A stretch of 15,345 nucleotides of DNA from the NCBI GenBank assembly GCA_040905425.1, contig JBBDRO010000031.1:20585-35929 (forward strand). The letters run 5' to 3'. Within the stretch, counting starts at the first letter, position 1. Each line of letters begins with the position of its first letter. Made by a program: the position numbers and the translations under genes. Positions 8,011 through 15,345 of the stretch are shown here, one piece after another. The notes under the pieces were generated by a model that worked only from the letters and a program-made list of their open reading frames with translations, made no database searches and was not told where the DNA came from. Origin of the DNA: Gemmatimonadota bacterium (GTDB lineage Bacteria; Gemmatimonadota; Gemmatimonadetes; Longimicrobiales; RSA9).

Positions 8011-8514
8011 ATGAAGGGCGCGCCGGAAACGCGGACCGTGCTGCTGGTCGATGATGACCCTGATTCGCGGGTCATCTACACCACCATGCTGCAGCTGATC
8101 GGCGTGCGGGTGGTGGAGGCCACGGACGGTCAGGGCGCTCTCCAGGCGGCGTGCGCGCACGATCCCGACCTGATCGTGCTGGACCTGGTGATGCCGGGCA
8201 TGGACGGCTGGACGGCTCTGGAGCACCTGCGGAGCGACCCCGACCTGTGCCACATCCCGGTGGTGGCGCTCACCGTGATCGGGCCGGGTGAGGACCGCCG
8301 CGATCCGCTGCGCCGCGGCTTCGACGCCCACTGGGTGAAGCCGCTGCCCCCGCCCGCCATGGCCGCCCGGGTGAACTCCCTCCTGGCGGGCGCTTTAGCC
8401 GCCAGGCGCCGGCCACCGGAGGCCCGCGGCGTGGCCGCGTGGCCCCCGGAGCCGGCCGGGCGTCGTCGCTTGAAGGTGCCTCAGTTGCCCGCCGGTTGCG
8501 ACGGGTCTTCGTAG
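8011..8514 (+). CDS. Single-domain response regulator (CheY/DivK-like receiver), 167 aa
   Basis: VLLVDDD, PDLIVLDLVMPGMDG (phospho-Asp), IPVVALT and VKP. GGGAG RBS before ATG 8011, with an alternative ATG at 7993. Low-complexity C-terminal tail. Confidence 0.88.
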   Translation: MKGAPETRTVLLVDDDPDSRVIYTTMLQLIGVRVVEATDGQGALQAACAHDPDLIVLDLVMPGMDGWTALEHLRSDPDLCHIPVVALTVIGPGEDRRDPLRRGFDAHWVKPLPPPAMAARVNSLLAGALAARRRPPEARGVAAWPPEPAGRRRLKVPQLPAGCDGSS

Positions 8515-9584
8515 GGCCGCAGATGCTCCTCCAGGAACGTCCAGGTGCGGTTCCACGAATCCCGCTGTGCCGGCGAGTCCACCCGCTCCAGCGTCTCCGA
8601 ATCCACCCGGCGGCTGAAGGCGTGGCCCACGCTGCCGCCCCAGGGATCGGGATCCACGTAGATCTTGGTCTCCGACAGGTCGGGCTTCATGGAGCGCAGC
8701 TTGTAGATGAGCATGCTGGCCTCCTCGAAGTTCACGTCCCGGTCATTGGTGGCCACGTGCACCAGGAGCGGCGTCTCCAGCTTGTCCACCTGGTAATAGG
8801 GCGAGCGGGCCACGTACTCCTCACGCCGCTCGAAGGGGAGGCCCTGCAGGCGTTCCTGGGTGGCGAAGCTGCGTTGGTAGCCCGGCCCCTTGTAGGAGAG
8901 CCGGAAGATGAGGTTGGTGACCGGCACGATGGCGGCACCCGCCTTGAAGGGGTGATTGTCCCGGGTGACCGCGAGCGTGGTGATGAGGCCGCCGTGGCTC
9001 CAGCCCATCATGCCCACGCGCTCGGGATCCACGTGGGGCAGGTTGGCGGTCATGTACTGGTACGCCGACATGGCGTCATCCACCTCGTAGCCACCGTAGT
9101 CGATGGCGTTGTGGAAGTCCTCACCATAGCCGGTGCTGCCGCGGTACTCGGGCGCCACCACCACGTAGCCGCGCTCCACCGCCTCCCGGATGAAGGGCCA
9201 GTAGTTGTTGCTCATGTTCCCATGCACGCCGCCGTGCACCATGATGAGGGCGGCGTGGCCGCGCGTGCCGCGCTTCTGGAGCGGCTGCCAGACGTAGGCG
9301 GGGATGTCCAGGTCACCCACGCTGCTGCGATAGGTCACCTTGCTGTAGTCGACCACGCCCCGGGCCACCGCCTCGAAGACGCTGTCGGTACGTGCCTTGC
9401 CTTCGATGGCCCGCTCGTAGTTGGAGCGCGGATGGTCCTCGTGGCGGTTGCTCACGTAGAGCTCGCGGGCGCGGGTACTGTCCATCTCGACGCCGCGCTG
9501 CGCCACCGCCGGAGCCGCCAGGACGCACGCCCCGGCGAGCGCCAGGACGGCGCGGGCGGATGCGTAACGGAAAGGGTCTCTCAT
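8481..9584 (-). CDS. Secreted alpha/beta-hydrolase, S9 prolyl oligopeptidase-like catalytic domain, 367 aa
   Basis: VHGG, YRGSTGYG, VDPERVGMMGWSHGG (Ser), NDRDV (Asp) and GHAF (His). Signal peptide ending AVA-Q. GAGGTG RBS before ATG 9584. Confidence 0.88.
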   Translation of the reverse strand: MRDPFRYASARAVLALAGACVLAAPAVAQRGVEMDSTRARELYVSNRHEDHPRSNYERAIEGKARTDSVFEAVARGVVDYSKVTYRSSVGDLDIPAYVWQPLQKRGTRGHAALIMVHGGVHGNMSNNYWPFIREAVERGYVVVAPEYRGSTGYGEDFHNAIDYGGYEVDDAMSAYQYMTANLPHVDPERVGMMGWSHGGLITTLAVTRDNHPFKAGAAIVPVTNLIFRLSYKGPGYQRSFATQERLQGLPFERREEYVARSPYYQVDKLETPLLVHVATNDRDVNFEEASMLIYKLRSMKPDLSETKIYVDPDPWGGSVGHAFSRRVDSETLERVDSPAQRDSWNRTWTFLEEHLRPYEDPSQPAGN

Positions 9585-9674
9585 GCCGTCACCTCGGAGT
9601 GCGGGGGCGGCAGCGCCCGAACCAGCCGGAAGCCGCGGACGGAGCCGCCTTTCGTGGTGGCCCGGTGGTGGGCC

Positions 9675-9703
9675 TTGGGAATGTATGCCCTCGCGGATAC
9701 TTT
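9675..9703 (+). promoter_or_regulatory. Candidate sigma70-type promoter for rocD
   Basis: TTGGGA (9675-9680), 17-nt spacer, TACTTT (9698-9703), in an AT-enriched patch of the divergent intergenic region about 50 nt before ATG 9755. Confidence 0.45.
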
Positions 9704-9754
9704 TCGGCAAGCAGGCAGCCCGAACGTCGTTCACGAACCATCCGGAGAGTCGTC

Positions 9755-10972
9755 ATGGATACCGCCCGTTATCTGGCAGAGGCCGACCGCTACAGCGCGC
9801 ACAACTACCACCCCCTGCCGGTCGTGCTCACGAGGGGCAAGGGTATCCACGTGTGGGACGTGGACGGCAAGCAGTACGTGGACATGCTGTCCGCGTATTC
9901 GGCGGTGAACCAGGGCCACGCCCACCCGCGCATCGTGGACGCGCTGGTGGAGCAGGCGCGCCGCCTGCCGCTCACCTCCCGCGCCTTCCACAATGACCGC
10001 ATGGGTCCGTTCCTGCGCCAGCTCTGCGAGCTGACGGGCTACGAGAAGGCGCTGCCCATGAACACGGGGGCGGAGGCGGTGGAGACCGCCATCAAGGCGG
10101 CACGTAAATGGGGCTACGAGGTCAAGGGCGTGCCGGCCGACGAGGCCGAGATCCTGGTGTTCAACGAGAACTTCCACGGCCGCACCACTACCATCATCAG
10201 CTTCTCCTCGGACGAGCTCTATAAGAAGGGCTTCGGGCCCTTCACGCCGGGCTTCCGCATCCTGCCCTACGGGGACCTGGACGCCGTGCGGGAAGCGGTC
10301 ACGGAGAAGACCGTGGCCATCCTGGTGGAGCCGATCCAGGGTGAGGCCGGCGTGGTGGTCCCCCCGGAGGGCTTCCTGAAGGGCATGGAGACGCTCTGCC
10401 GGGAGCGGAACGTGCTGCTCATGGCGGACGAGATCCAGACGGGCCTCGGGCGTACCGGCCGCCTGTTCGCCTCCGACTGGGAGGACGTGCGGCCGGATGT
10501 CACGATCATCGGCAAGGCGCTCGGCGGTGGGGTCTATCCCGTCTCCGCCGTGCTGGCCGACGCCGCCGTGCTGGATGTCTTCACGCCGGGCACCCACGGC
10601 TCCACCTTCGGCGGCAATCCGCTGGGCGCTGCCGTGGGCATGGCGGCGCTTGACGTGCTGGTGGAGGAGAAGCTGGCCGAGCGCTCCGCCGAACTCGGCG
10701 CCTGGTTCATGGAGGAACTCGGCGCCATCGACTCGCCGGTCATCGACCACGTGCGCGGCCGCGGCCTGCTCATCGGCGTGGTCATCAAGCGGGACGCCGG
10801 CCCGGCGCGACCCTACTGTGAGGCGCTGCAGGCCCGGGGCATCCTGGCCAAGGAGACGCACGAGCAGGTGGTACGCTTTGCCCCGCCGCTCATCATCAGC
10901 CGCGCGCAACTCGAGGAGCTGCTCCCCGCCATCCGGGAAGTACTGTCCATGGAAGCCGCGGTCTCGGCCTGA
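9755..10972 (+). CDS. rocD: Ornithine--oxo-acid aminotransferase (class III PLP), 405 aa
   Basis: AHNYHPLPVV, DMLSAYSAVNQGH.HP, LTSRAFHND, PMNTGAEAVETAIK.ARKWGY, EPIQGEAGV, DEIQTGLGRTG and GKALGGG. GGAG RBS before ATG 9755. Confidence 0.95.
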   Translation: MDTARYLAEADRYSAHNYHPLPVVLTRGKGIHVWDVDGKQYVDMLSAYSAVNQGHAHPRIVDALVEQARRLPLTSRAFHNDRMGPFLRQLCELTGYEKALPMNTGAEAVETAIKAARKWGYEVKGVPADEAEILVFNENFHGRTTTIISFSSDELYKKGFGPFTPGFRILPYGDLDAVREAVTEKTVAILVEPIQGEAGVVVPPEGFLKGMETLCRERNVLLMADEIQTGLGRTGRLFASDWEDVRPDVTIIGKALGGGVYPVSAVLADAAVLDVFTPGTHGSTFGGNPLGAAVGMAALDVLVEEKLAERSAELGAWFMEELGAIDSPVIDHVRGRGLLIGVVIKRDAGPARPYCEALQARGILAKETHEQVVRFAPPLIISRAQLEELLPAIREVLSMEAAVSA

Positions 10973-10980
10973 GCCGAACG

Positions 10981-13900
10981 GTGCCTGAGCACGATGCCTC
11001 CGCCGTCGGGAATGACACCCCCGATGCCGGCCAGGTGCCCTACCTGGTCGGCATCGGGGCGTCGGCGGGCGGCATCCCGGCGCTGCGTGCGTTCTTTCGG
11101 GACGTCCCCGCCCGCTCGGGCGTGGCTTTCGTGGTGATCATGCACCTCTCTCCCGAGCACGAGAGCCATCTGGCGGAGGTGCTCGAGCCGGGCGTCCGGC
11201 TGCCCGTCCACCAGGTCCAGGGCCGCACACGGCTGGCCCCCGACACCATTTACGTGATCCCGCCGGGGCACGCCATCAGCGTTACCGACGGGCACCTGGA
11301 GCTGTCCGACTTCGAGGGGCCGCGGGGGCGCCGCACGCCGGTGGACATCTTCTTTCGCACCCTTGCCGAAGCCTACCCGGACAGCATCGGCGTGATCCTG
11401 TCGGGGTCCGGGACGGACGGCGTGGTGGGCCTCAAGGCCATCAAGGAAGCCGGGGGCGTCATCCTGGCGCAGGCGCCCGAGGAAGCGGAGTACGATGGCA
11501 TGCCTGGCAGCGCCATTGCCACGGGTCTGGTGGACCTGGTCCTGCCGGCCCGCGAACTGGGCGCGCGGGTGGTGGCACTGAGCGCGGCGCGCGCACCCTG
11601 GGCAACCCACGCCGGCGCCCCTCTGGATGACGACCAGTCCGGGGACCTGGCCACGATTCTGCAGCAGCTCCGCACGCATACGGGCCATGATTTCCAGGGT
11701 TACAAGTCCAGCACGATCCTGCGCAGGATCGCGCGGCGCATGCAGGTCACGCAGACCGCGAGCCTGGCCAGTTACTTCACCGTACTGCAGGGGAGTGCAG
11801 CCGAGGCGGATGCGTTGCTCAAGGACCTGCTCATCAGCGTGACTCACTTCTTCCGCGACCCCGCGGCCTTTGCCGCCCTGGCCACCGAGGTCGTCCCCGT
11901 CCTCTTCGCGCACCTCTCCGACCCGCGGCGGATCCGCGTCTGGGTGCCGGGCAGCGCCACCGGTGAGGAGGCATACGGCGTGGCCGTGCTTTTGGCCGAG
12001 CACATGGACGATCTGAACGTGCGCCCGGAGGTCCAGATCTTTGCCACGGATCTGGACCACGATGCCATCGAACGCGGTCGGGAGGGGCTCTACCCGGCTG
12101 CCATCGCCACCGATGTGGGCCCGGCCCGCCTGGCGCGCTTCTTCCGCCGCGAAGGAGACCACTACCGGGTCAGCGGGGAGCTGCGGGACATGCTGCTGTT
12201 CACACACCACGACGCCCTGCGCGACCCGCCCTTCTCGCGCCTGGATCTGGTGTGCTGCCGCAACCTGCTCATCTACATGGAGCGGCCCTTACAGGAACGG
12301 CTGCTGGGCATCTTCCACTACGCGCTCCGCGCGGAGGGCTTCCTCTTCCTGGGCAACTCGGAGACGGTGGACCAGCGCGCCGGTTTCGAGCCGGTGGACA
12401 GGAAGCATCGCATCTATCGCCGCCTGCGGGTCCCCCGCCGGCGGGGCAGCAGGCACCCGGAATTGCCGCCGGCCTTGCCTGCCACGCCTGCCACTCCGCC
12501 CCGCCGGCAGGCGCAACCGGCTGCCGGGCGGACGGCCGCGCCACCCAGGGAGGAGGCGGAGCGCGAACTGCACCGGCAGGGGCTGGAGGCGCACGCGCCG
12601 CCGAGCGTCCTCGTGACGCGCGACCATACCATCGTGCACGTGTCGGAGAGCGCCAACCGCTACCTGGAATTCCCGGCCGGCACACCCTCGGCCAATCTGG
12701 TGAAGGTGGTGCTGCCCGAGCTCCGCCTGGAGCTCGGCATAGCCCTCCACCAGGCGCTGGAGAAGGAGGCGGCCGGATGCACCTCCTGGGTACGGTCGAG
12801 CGTGGGCGGTCAGGACCGGCGTGTACAGATGTACGTAACCCCCACCCATCGGGATGACGCCCCCATGGCGCTGGTGGTCTTCCTGGAGACGGCCGTTCCG
12901 GGGGGTGGGACGCACGAATCCGGTGGGGCGGCGGATCGGCTCCAGGACGCGGAAGCGGCCCTGGGCATCACCCGCCAGCGTGTGCAGGATCTGGTCGAGA
13001 GCTCCGAGACGCGCCAGGAAGAGTTGCGCGCGGCCAACGAGGAGCTGCAGTCCATCAACGAGGAATACCGCTCCACGGTGGAGGAGCTGGAGACGAGCAA
13101 GGAAGAGCTCCAGTCCATGAATGAGGAGCTGAAGACGCTCAACGCCGAACTGAATGAGAAGGTCACCGCGCTGGCGCGTGCCAATGATGACATCCACAAT
13201 CTCATGGCCTCCACCGAGATTGCCACGCTCTTCCTGGACCGCGAGCTGCGCATCCGCCGCTATACACCGGCGCTGGCGGCCATCTTCAACGTTCTCCCCA
13301 CGGACGAAGACCGGCCGCTCCACCACCTCACCCACCGGCTCGACTATCCGGAGCTGGCAGCCGACTGCCGCTCCGTCCTCAGCACACTGCAGCCGCTCGA
13401 GCGGGAGGCGGAGCAGCCGGACGGGCGGGCCTATCTGGTGCGCATCACGCCGTACCGCTCCGACGAGGACCGCATCGGTGGCGTGGTGGCCACCTTCACC
13501 GAGGTCACCCGGTTGCGCCAGGTACAGCGCTCGGCCCAGGCGAGCGCCGAGCGCTTCCAGGCGCTGGTCTACGCCACCGCCGAGATCGTCTGGACCACCG
13601 ACCCGGACGGCCGGGTGGTGGAGGATTCCCCCTCCTGGCACGCGTTCACGGGGCAGAGCCCGGAAGCGCGCCGCGGTTCCGGCTGGCTGCAGGCCGTCCA
13701 CCCCGAAGATCGCACCCGGGTGGAGGAGGCCTGGCAACAGAGCATCGACGCTGGCGAGCCGCTGGACACGGAGTTCCGCTTGCGCCATGACGCCACCGGG
13801 CAATGGCGCGTGTGCACCGTCCGCGCGGTGCCCGTTCTGGAACCCGACGCCACGGTGCGCGAGTGGGTGGGCATGTGCACGGACATCACCGAGCGGCGTG

Positions 13901-14655
13901 CCACCGAGGAAGCGCTCCGCCACGCCAAGGTGGGCGCCGAGCGGGCGGCCGAGGTCAAGAGCCAGTTCCTGGCCACCATGAGCCACGAACTGCGCACCCC
14001 GCTCACCGCCATCATCGGGCTGGCCGAACTGCTCGAAACGGAGGTCACGGGTCCCACCACGCATGACCAGAAGCTCCACCTGAAGCGCATCCGGACGAGC
14101 GCCTGGCACCTGGTCTCCATCATCGAGGAGGTGCTCACCTTCTCGCGCTCCGAGGCGGGTCAGGTCCGGATCAACCGTGCCACCGTGGATGTGACGGCGG
14201 AAGCACGTAGCGTGGTGGAGGTCCTCGAAGCCGCGGCGGCGGACAAGGGCCTGGTCCTCGAGCTGCAGGACGCCGACCGGCCCGAGTATGCCTTCACCGA
14301 CGGCGGTAAGGCGCGCCAGATCATCACCAACCTGATCGGCAACGCGGTGAAGTTCACGGACGCGGGAGGGGTGAGCGTGCGCGTGGAGGGTTCGGCCAGC
14401 GAGGTGGTCCTCAGCGTGCGCGACACCGGCCCCGGGATTCCCCCCGACATGCTCGACACGATCTTCGAGCCCTTCGTTCAGCTGGACGCCTCCAGCACGC
14501 GCGAGAAGGGAGGCGTGGGGCTGGGCCTGGCGGTCTCGCGCAGGTTGGCGCGCCTCATGGGCGGCCACGTGGACGTGACCAGCGAACCGGGAGCGGGCTC
14601 CACCTTCACCCTGCGCCTGCCCCGCGCGCCGGACCAGGAGATGACCCGTTCTTAA
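10981..14655 (+). CDS. CheB methylesterase-CheR methyltransferase-coiled coil-PAS-histidine kinase fusion, 1224 aa
   Basis: CheB: GIGASAGG, IMHLSP, SGSGTDG. CheR: ISVTHFFRD, WVPGSATGEEAY, FATDLD, DLVCCRNLLIY. EEL-rich coiled coil. PAS/PAC: GWLQAVHPED, WVGMCTDITER. HisKA: MSHELRTPL. HATPase: NLIGNAVKF, DTGPGI, GVGLGL. The start codon (GTG 10981) is uncertain. Confidence 0.92.
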   Translation: MPEHDASAVGNDTPDAGQVPYLVGIGASAGGIPALRAFFRDVPARSGVAFVVIMHLSPEHESHLAEVLEPGVRLPVHQVQGRTRLAPDTIYVIPPGHAISVTDGHLELSDFEGPRGRRTPVDIFFRTLAEAYPDSIGVILSGSGTDGVVGLKAIKEAGGVILAQAPEEAEYDGMPGSAIATGLVDLVLPARELGARVVALSAARAPWATHAGAPLDDDQSGDLATILQQLRTHTGHDFQGYKSSTILRRIARRMQVTQTASLASYFTVLQGSAAEADALLKDLLISVTHFFRDPAAFAALATEVVPVLFAHLSDPRRIRVWVPGSATGEEAYGVAVLLAEHMDDLNVRPEVQIFATDLDHDAIERGREGLYPAAIATDVGPARLARFFRREGDHYRVSGELRDMLLFTHHDALRDPPFSRLDLVCCRNLLIYMERPLQERLLGIFHYALRAEGFLFLGNSETVDQRAGFEPVDRKHRIYRRLRVPRRRGSRHPELPPALPATPATPPRRQAQPAAGRTAAPPREEAERELHRQGLEAHAPPSVLVTRDHTIVHVSESANRYLEFPAGTPSANLVKVVLPELRLELGIALHQALEKEAAGCTSWVRSSVGGQDRRVQMYVTPTHRDDAPMALVVFLETAVPGGGTHESGGAADRLQDAEAALGITRQRVQDLVESSETRQEELRAANEELQSINEEYRSTVEELETSKEELQSMNEELKTLNAELNEKVTALARANDDIHNLMASTEIATLFLDRELRIRRYTPALAAIFNVLPTDEDRPLHHLTHRLDYPELAADCRSVLSTLQPLEREAEQPDGRAYLVRITPYRSDEDRIGGVVATFTEVTRLRQVQRSAQASAERFQALVYATAEIVWTTDPDGRVVEDSPSWHAFTGQSPEARRGSGWLQAVHPEDRTRVEEAWQQSIDAGEPLDTEFRLRHDATGQWRVCTVRAVPVLEPDATVREWVGMCTDITERRATEEALRHAKVGAERAAEVKSQFLATMSHELRTPLTAIIGLAELLETEVTGPTTHDQKLHLKRIRTSAWHLVSIIEEVLTFSRSEAGQVRINRATVDVTAEARSVVEVLEAAAADKGLVLELQDADRPEYAFTDGGKARQIITNLIGNAVKFTDAGGVSVRVEGSASEVVLSVRDTGPGIPPDMLDTIFEPFVQLDASSTREKGGVGLGLAVSRRLARLMGGHVDVTSEPGAGSTFTLRLPRAPDQEMTRS

Positions 14656-14694
14656 GCGACGACGCCCCGCCCGTCACCGGAGGGGCGTCGTCGC
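14656..14694. terminator. Perfect 13-bp inverted repeat between convergent genes (probable bidirectional terminator or 3'-stabilising hairpin)
   Basis: GCGACGACGCCCC, 13-nt loop, GGGGCGTCGTCGC; begins immediately after the kinase TAA and ends 7 nt from the csp stop. No U-tract on either strand. Confidence 0.6.
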
Positions 14695-14701
14695 GGCCGG
14701 C

Positions 14702-15112
14702 TCACGCGGCCACGATGGCCCCGTTCATCCGCTCGCACGCTTCCGCGCACGCCCGGCAAGCCTCCGCGCACACGGCGCAGTGCTCCATCTTTCCGGCGTG
14801 CTGCTGGCACTCCCCGGCGCACGCGCGGCACGCCGCGGCGCAGGCGTCGAGCTGCGCTCGGAGCGTATCCGGATCCTGGCGGCCCGGCCGCGCGATGAGG
14901 CGGCCGATCACGGCGCAGATGTCGGCGCAGTCCAGGTTCTGGCGGATGCACGTGCGCAGGGAGGCGGCGTCCTTCTCCTGCAGGCAGGCATCCGCGCACG
15001 CGGTGCACACGGCCGCGCACTCGGAGGCGGCCGTGACGAGCGCGAACGCCTCCTCACCGGCGTCACTGGCGGGGTGCGGATGCGTGGCAAAGAGACGGCG
15101 CAGGCGGTCCAT
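14702..15112 (-). CDS. Four-helix-bundle copper-binding/storage protein (Csp3/DUF326-like), 136 aa
   Basis: 16 Cys mostly in CxxxC/CxxC arrays (ECAAVCTACADAC, CIRQNLDCADIC, ACAAACRACAGECQQH, HCAVCAEACRACAEAC). AGGAGG RBS before ATG 15112. No signal peptide, so cytosolic. Confidence 0.88.
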   Translation of the reverse strand: MDRLRRLFATHPHPASDAGEEAFALVTAASECAAVCTACADACLQEKDAASLRTCIRQNLDCADICAVIGRLIARPGRQDPDTLRAQLDACAAACRACAGECQQHAGKMEHCAVCAEACRACAEACERMNGAIVAA

Positions 15113-15160
15113 GGCTTTTCCTCCTGATCGGAATCGGGTGACGCTACGACATCGGGGGAG

Positions 15161-15177
15161 TGCAATGGCCGGGCCAG
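15161..15177 (-). promoter_or_regulatory. Sigma54 (RpoN) -24/-12 promoter for the copper-storage gene
   Basis: Minus strand CTGGCCCGGCCATTGCA has one mismatch to TGGCAC-N5-TTGCW, with correct GG-N10-GC spacing and orientation. Predicted TSS near 15150. Confidence 0.65.
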
Positions 15178-15183
15178 CGGCGG

Positions 15184-15301
15184 GCCGCCGCGCGAAGCCA
15201 CCGCGCGAAGCCACCGCGCAAGCCATCTCGCGAGCCATCTCGCGAGCCACCGCGCAAGCCACCGCGCAAGCCACCGCGCAAGCCACCGCACAAGCCACCG
15301 C
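15184..15301. repeat. Tandem repeat, about 10 units of 12-13 bp (consensus GCCACCGCGCAA)
   Basis: Units: GCCGCCGCGCGAA, GCCACCGCGCGAA, GCCACCGCGCAA, GCCATCTCGCGA x2, GCCACCGCGCAA x3, GCCACCGCACAA, partial GCCACCGC. Confidence 0.92.
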
Positions 15302-15308
15302 CAGATCC

Positions 15309-15331
15309 CGCAGGACCTCGCAGGACCTCGC
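15309..15331. repeat. 10-bp direct repeat CGCAGGACCT x2 (+CGC)
   Basis: Seen at 15309-15318 and 15319-15328, just beyond the 12-bp array. Confidence 0.7.
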
Positions 15332-15345
15332 GCCTGGATCTTGCG

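Noticed and set aside
10981..14655. Chemotaxis gene cluster
   Set aside because: Only the fused CheB/CheR kinase is present; no cheA, cheW, MCP or flagellar genes are in the window.
15184..15301. Tandem array as a CRISPR array
   Set aside because: Units are 12-13 bp and contiguous, with no unique spacers and no cas genes in the window.

Overview
A very GC-rich bacterial chromosomal segment; gene content and protein styles suggest a Gemmatimonadota-like organism, which is an inference only. It is densely coding, with 14 credible CDSs: a minus-strand cupin / atypical SDR / IlvE-like aminotransferase operon; a secreted S46 dipeptidyl peptidase with a DPP11-type S1 Arg; a YihY/BrkB membrane protein; a PlsC-type acyltransferase; a 129-aa hypothetical protein; a stand-alone, divergent infA with its own intrinsic terminator; a BP74-like lipoprotein; a single-domain response regulator; a secreted compact S9-like peptidase; rocD; a 1224-aa CheB-CheR-coiled coil-PAS-histidine kinase fusion; and a Cys-rich four-helix-bundle copper-storage (Csp3/DUF326-like) protein. 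No rRNA, tRNA, transposase, integrase or CRISPR array is visible. Most of the window is ordinary metabolism and signalling. The most unusual non-coding structure is at the right end: a near-consensus sigma54 (-24/-12) promoter for the copper-storage gene, with a ~10-unit 12/13-bp tandem repeat directly upstream where enhancer-looping DNA normally lies. I cannot establish a clearly new system from sequence alone; the findings are hypotheses.
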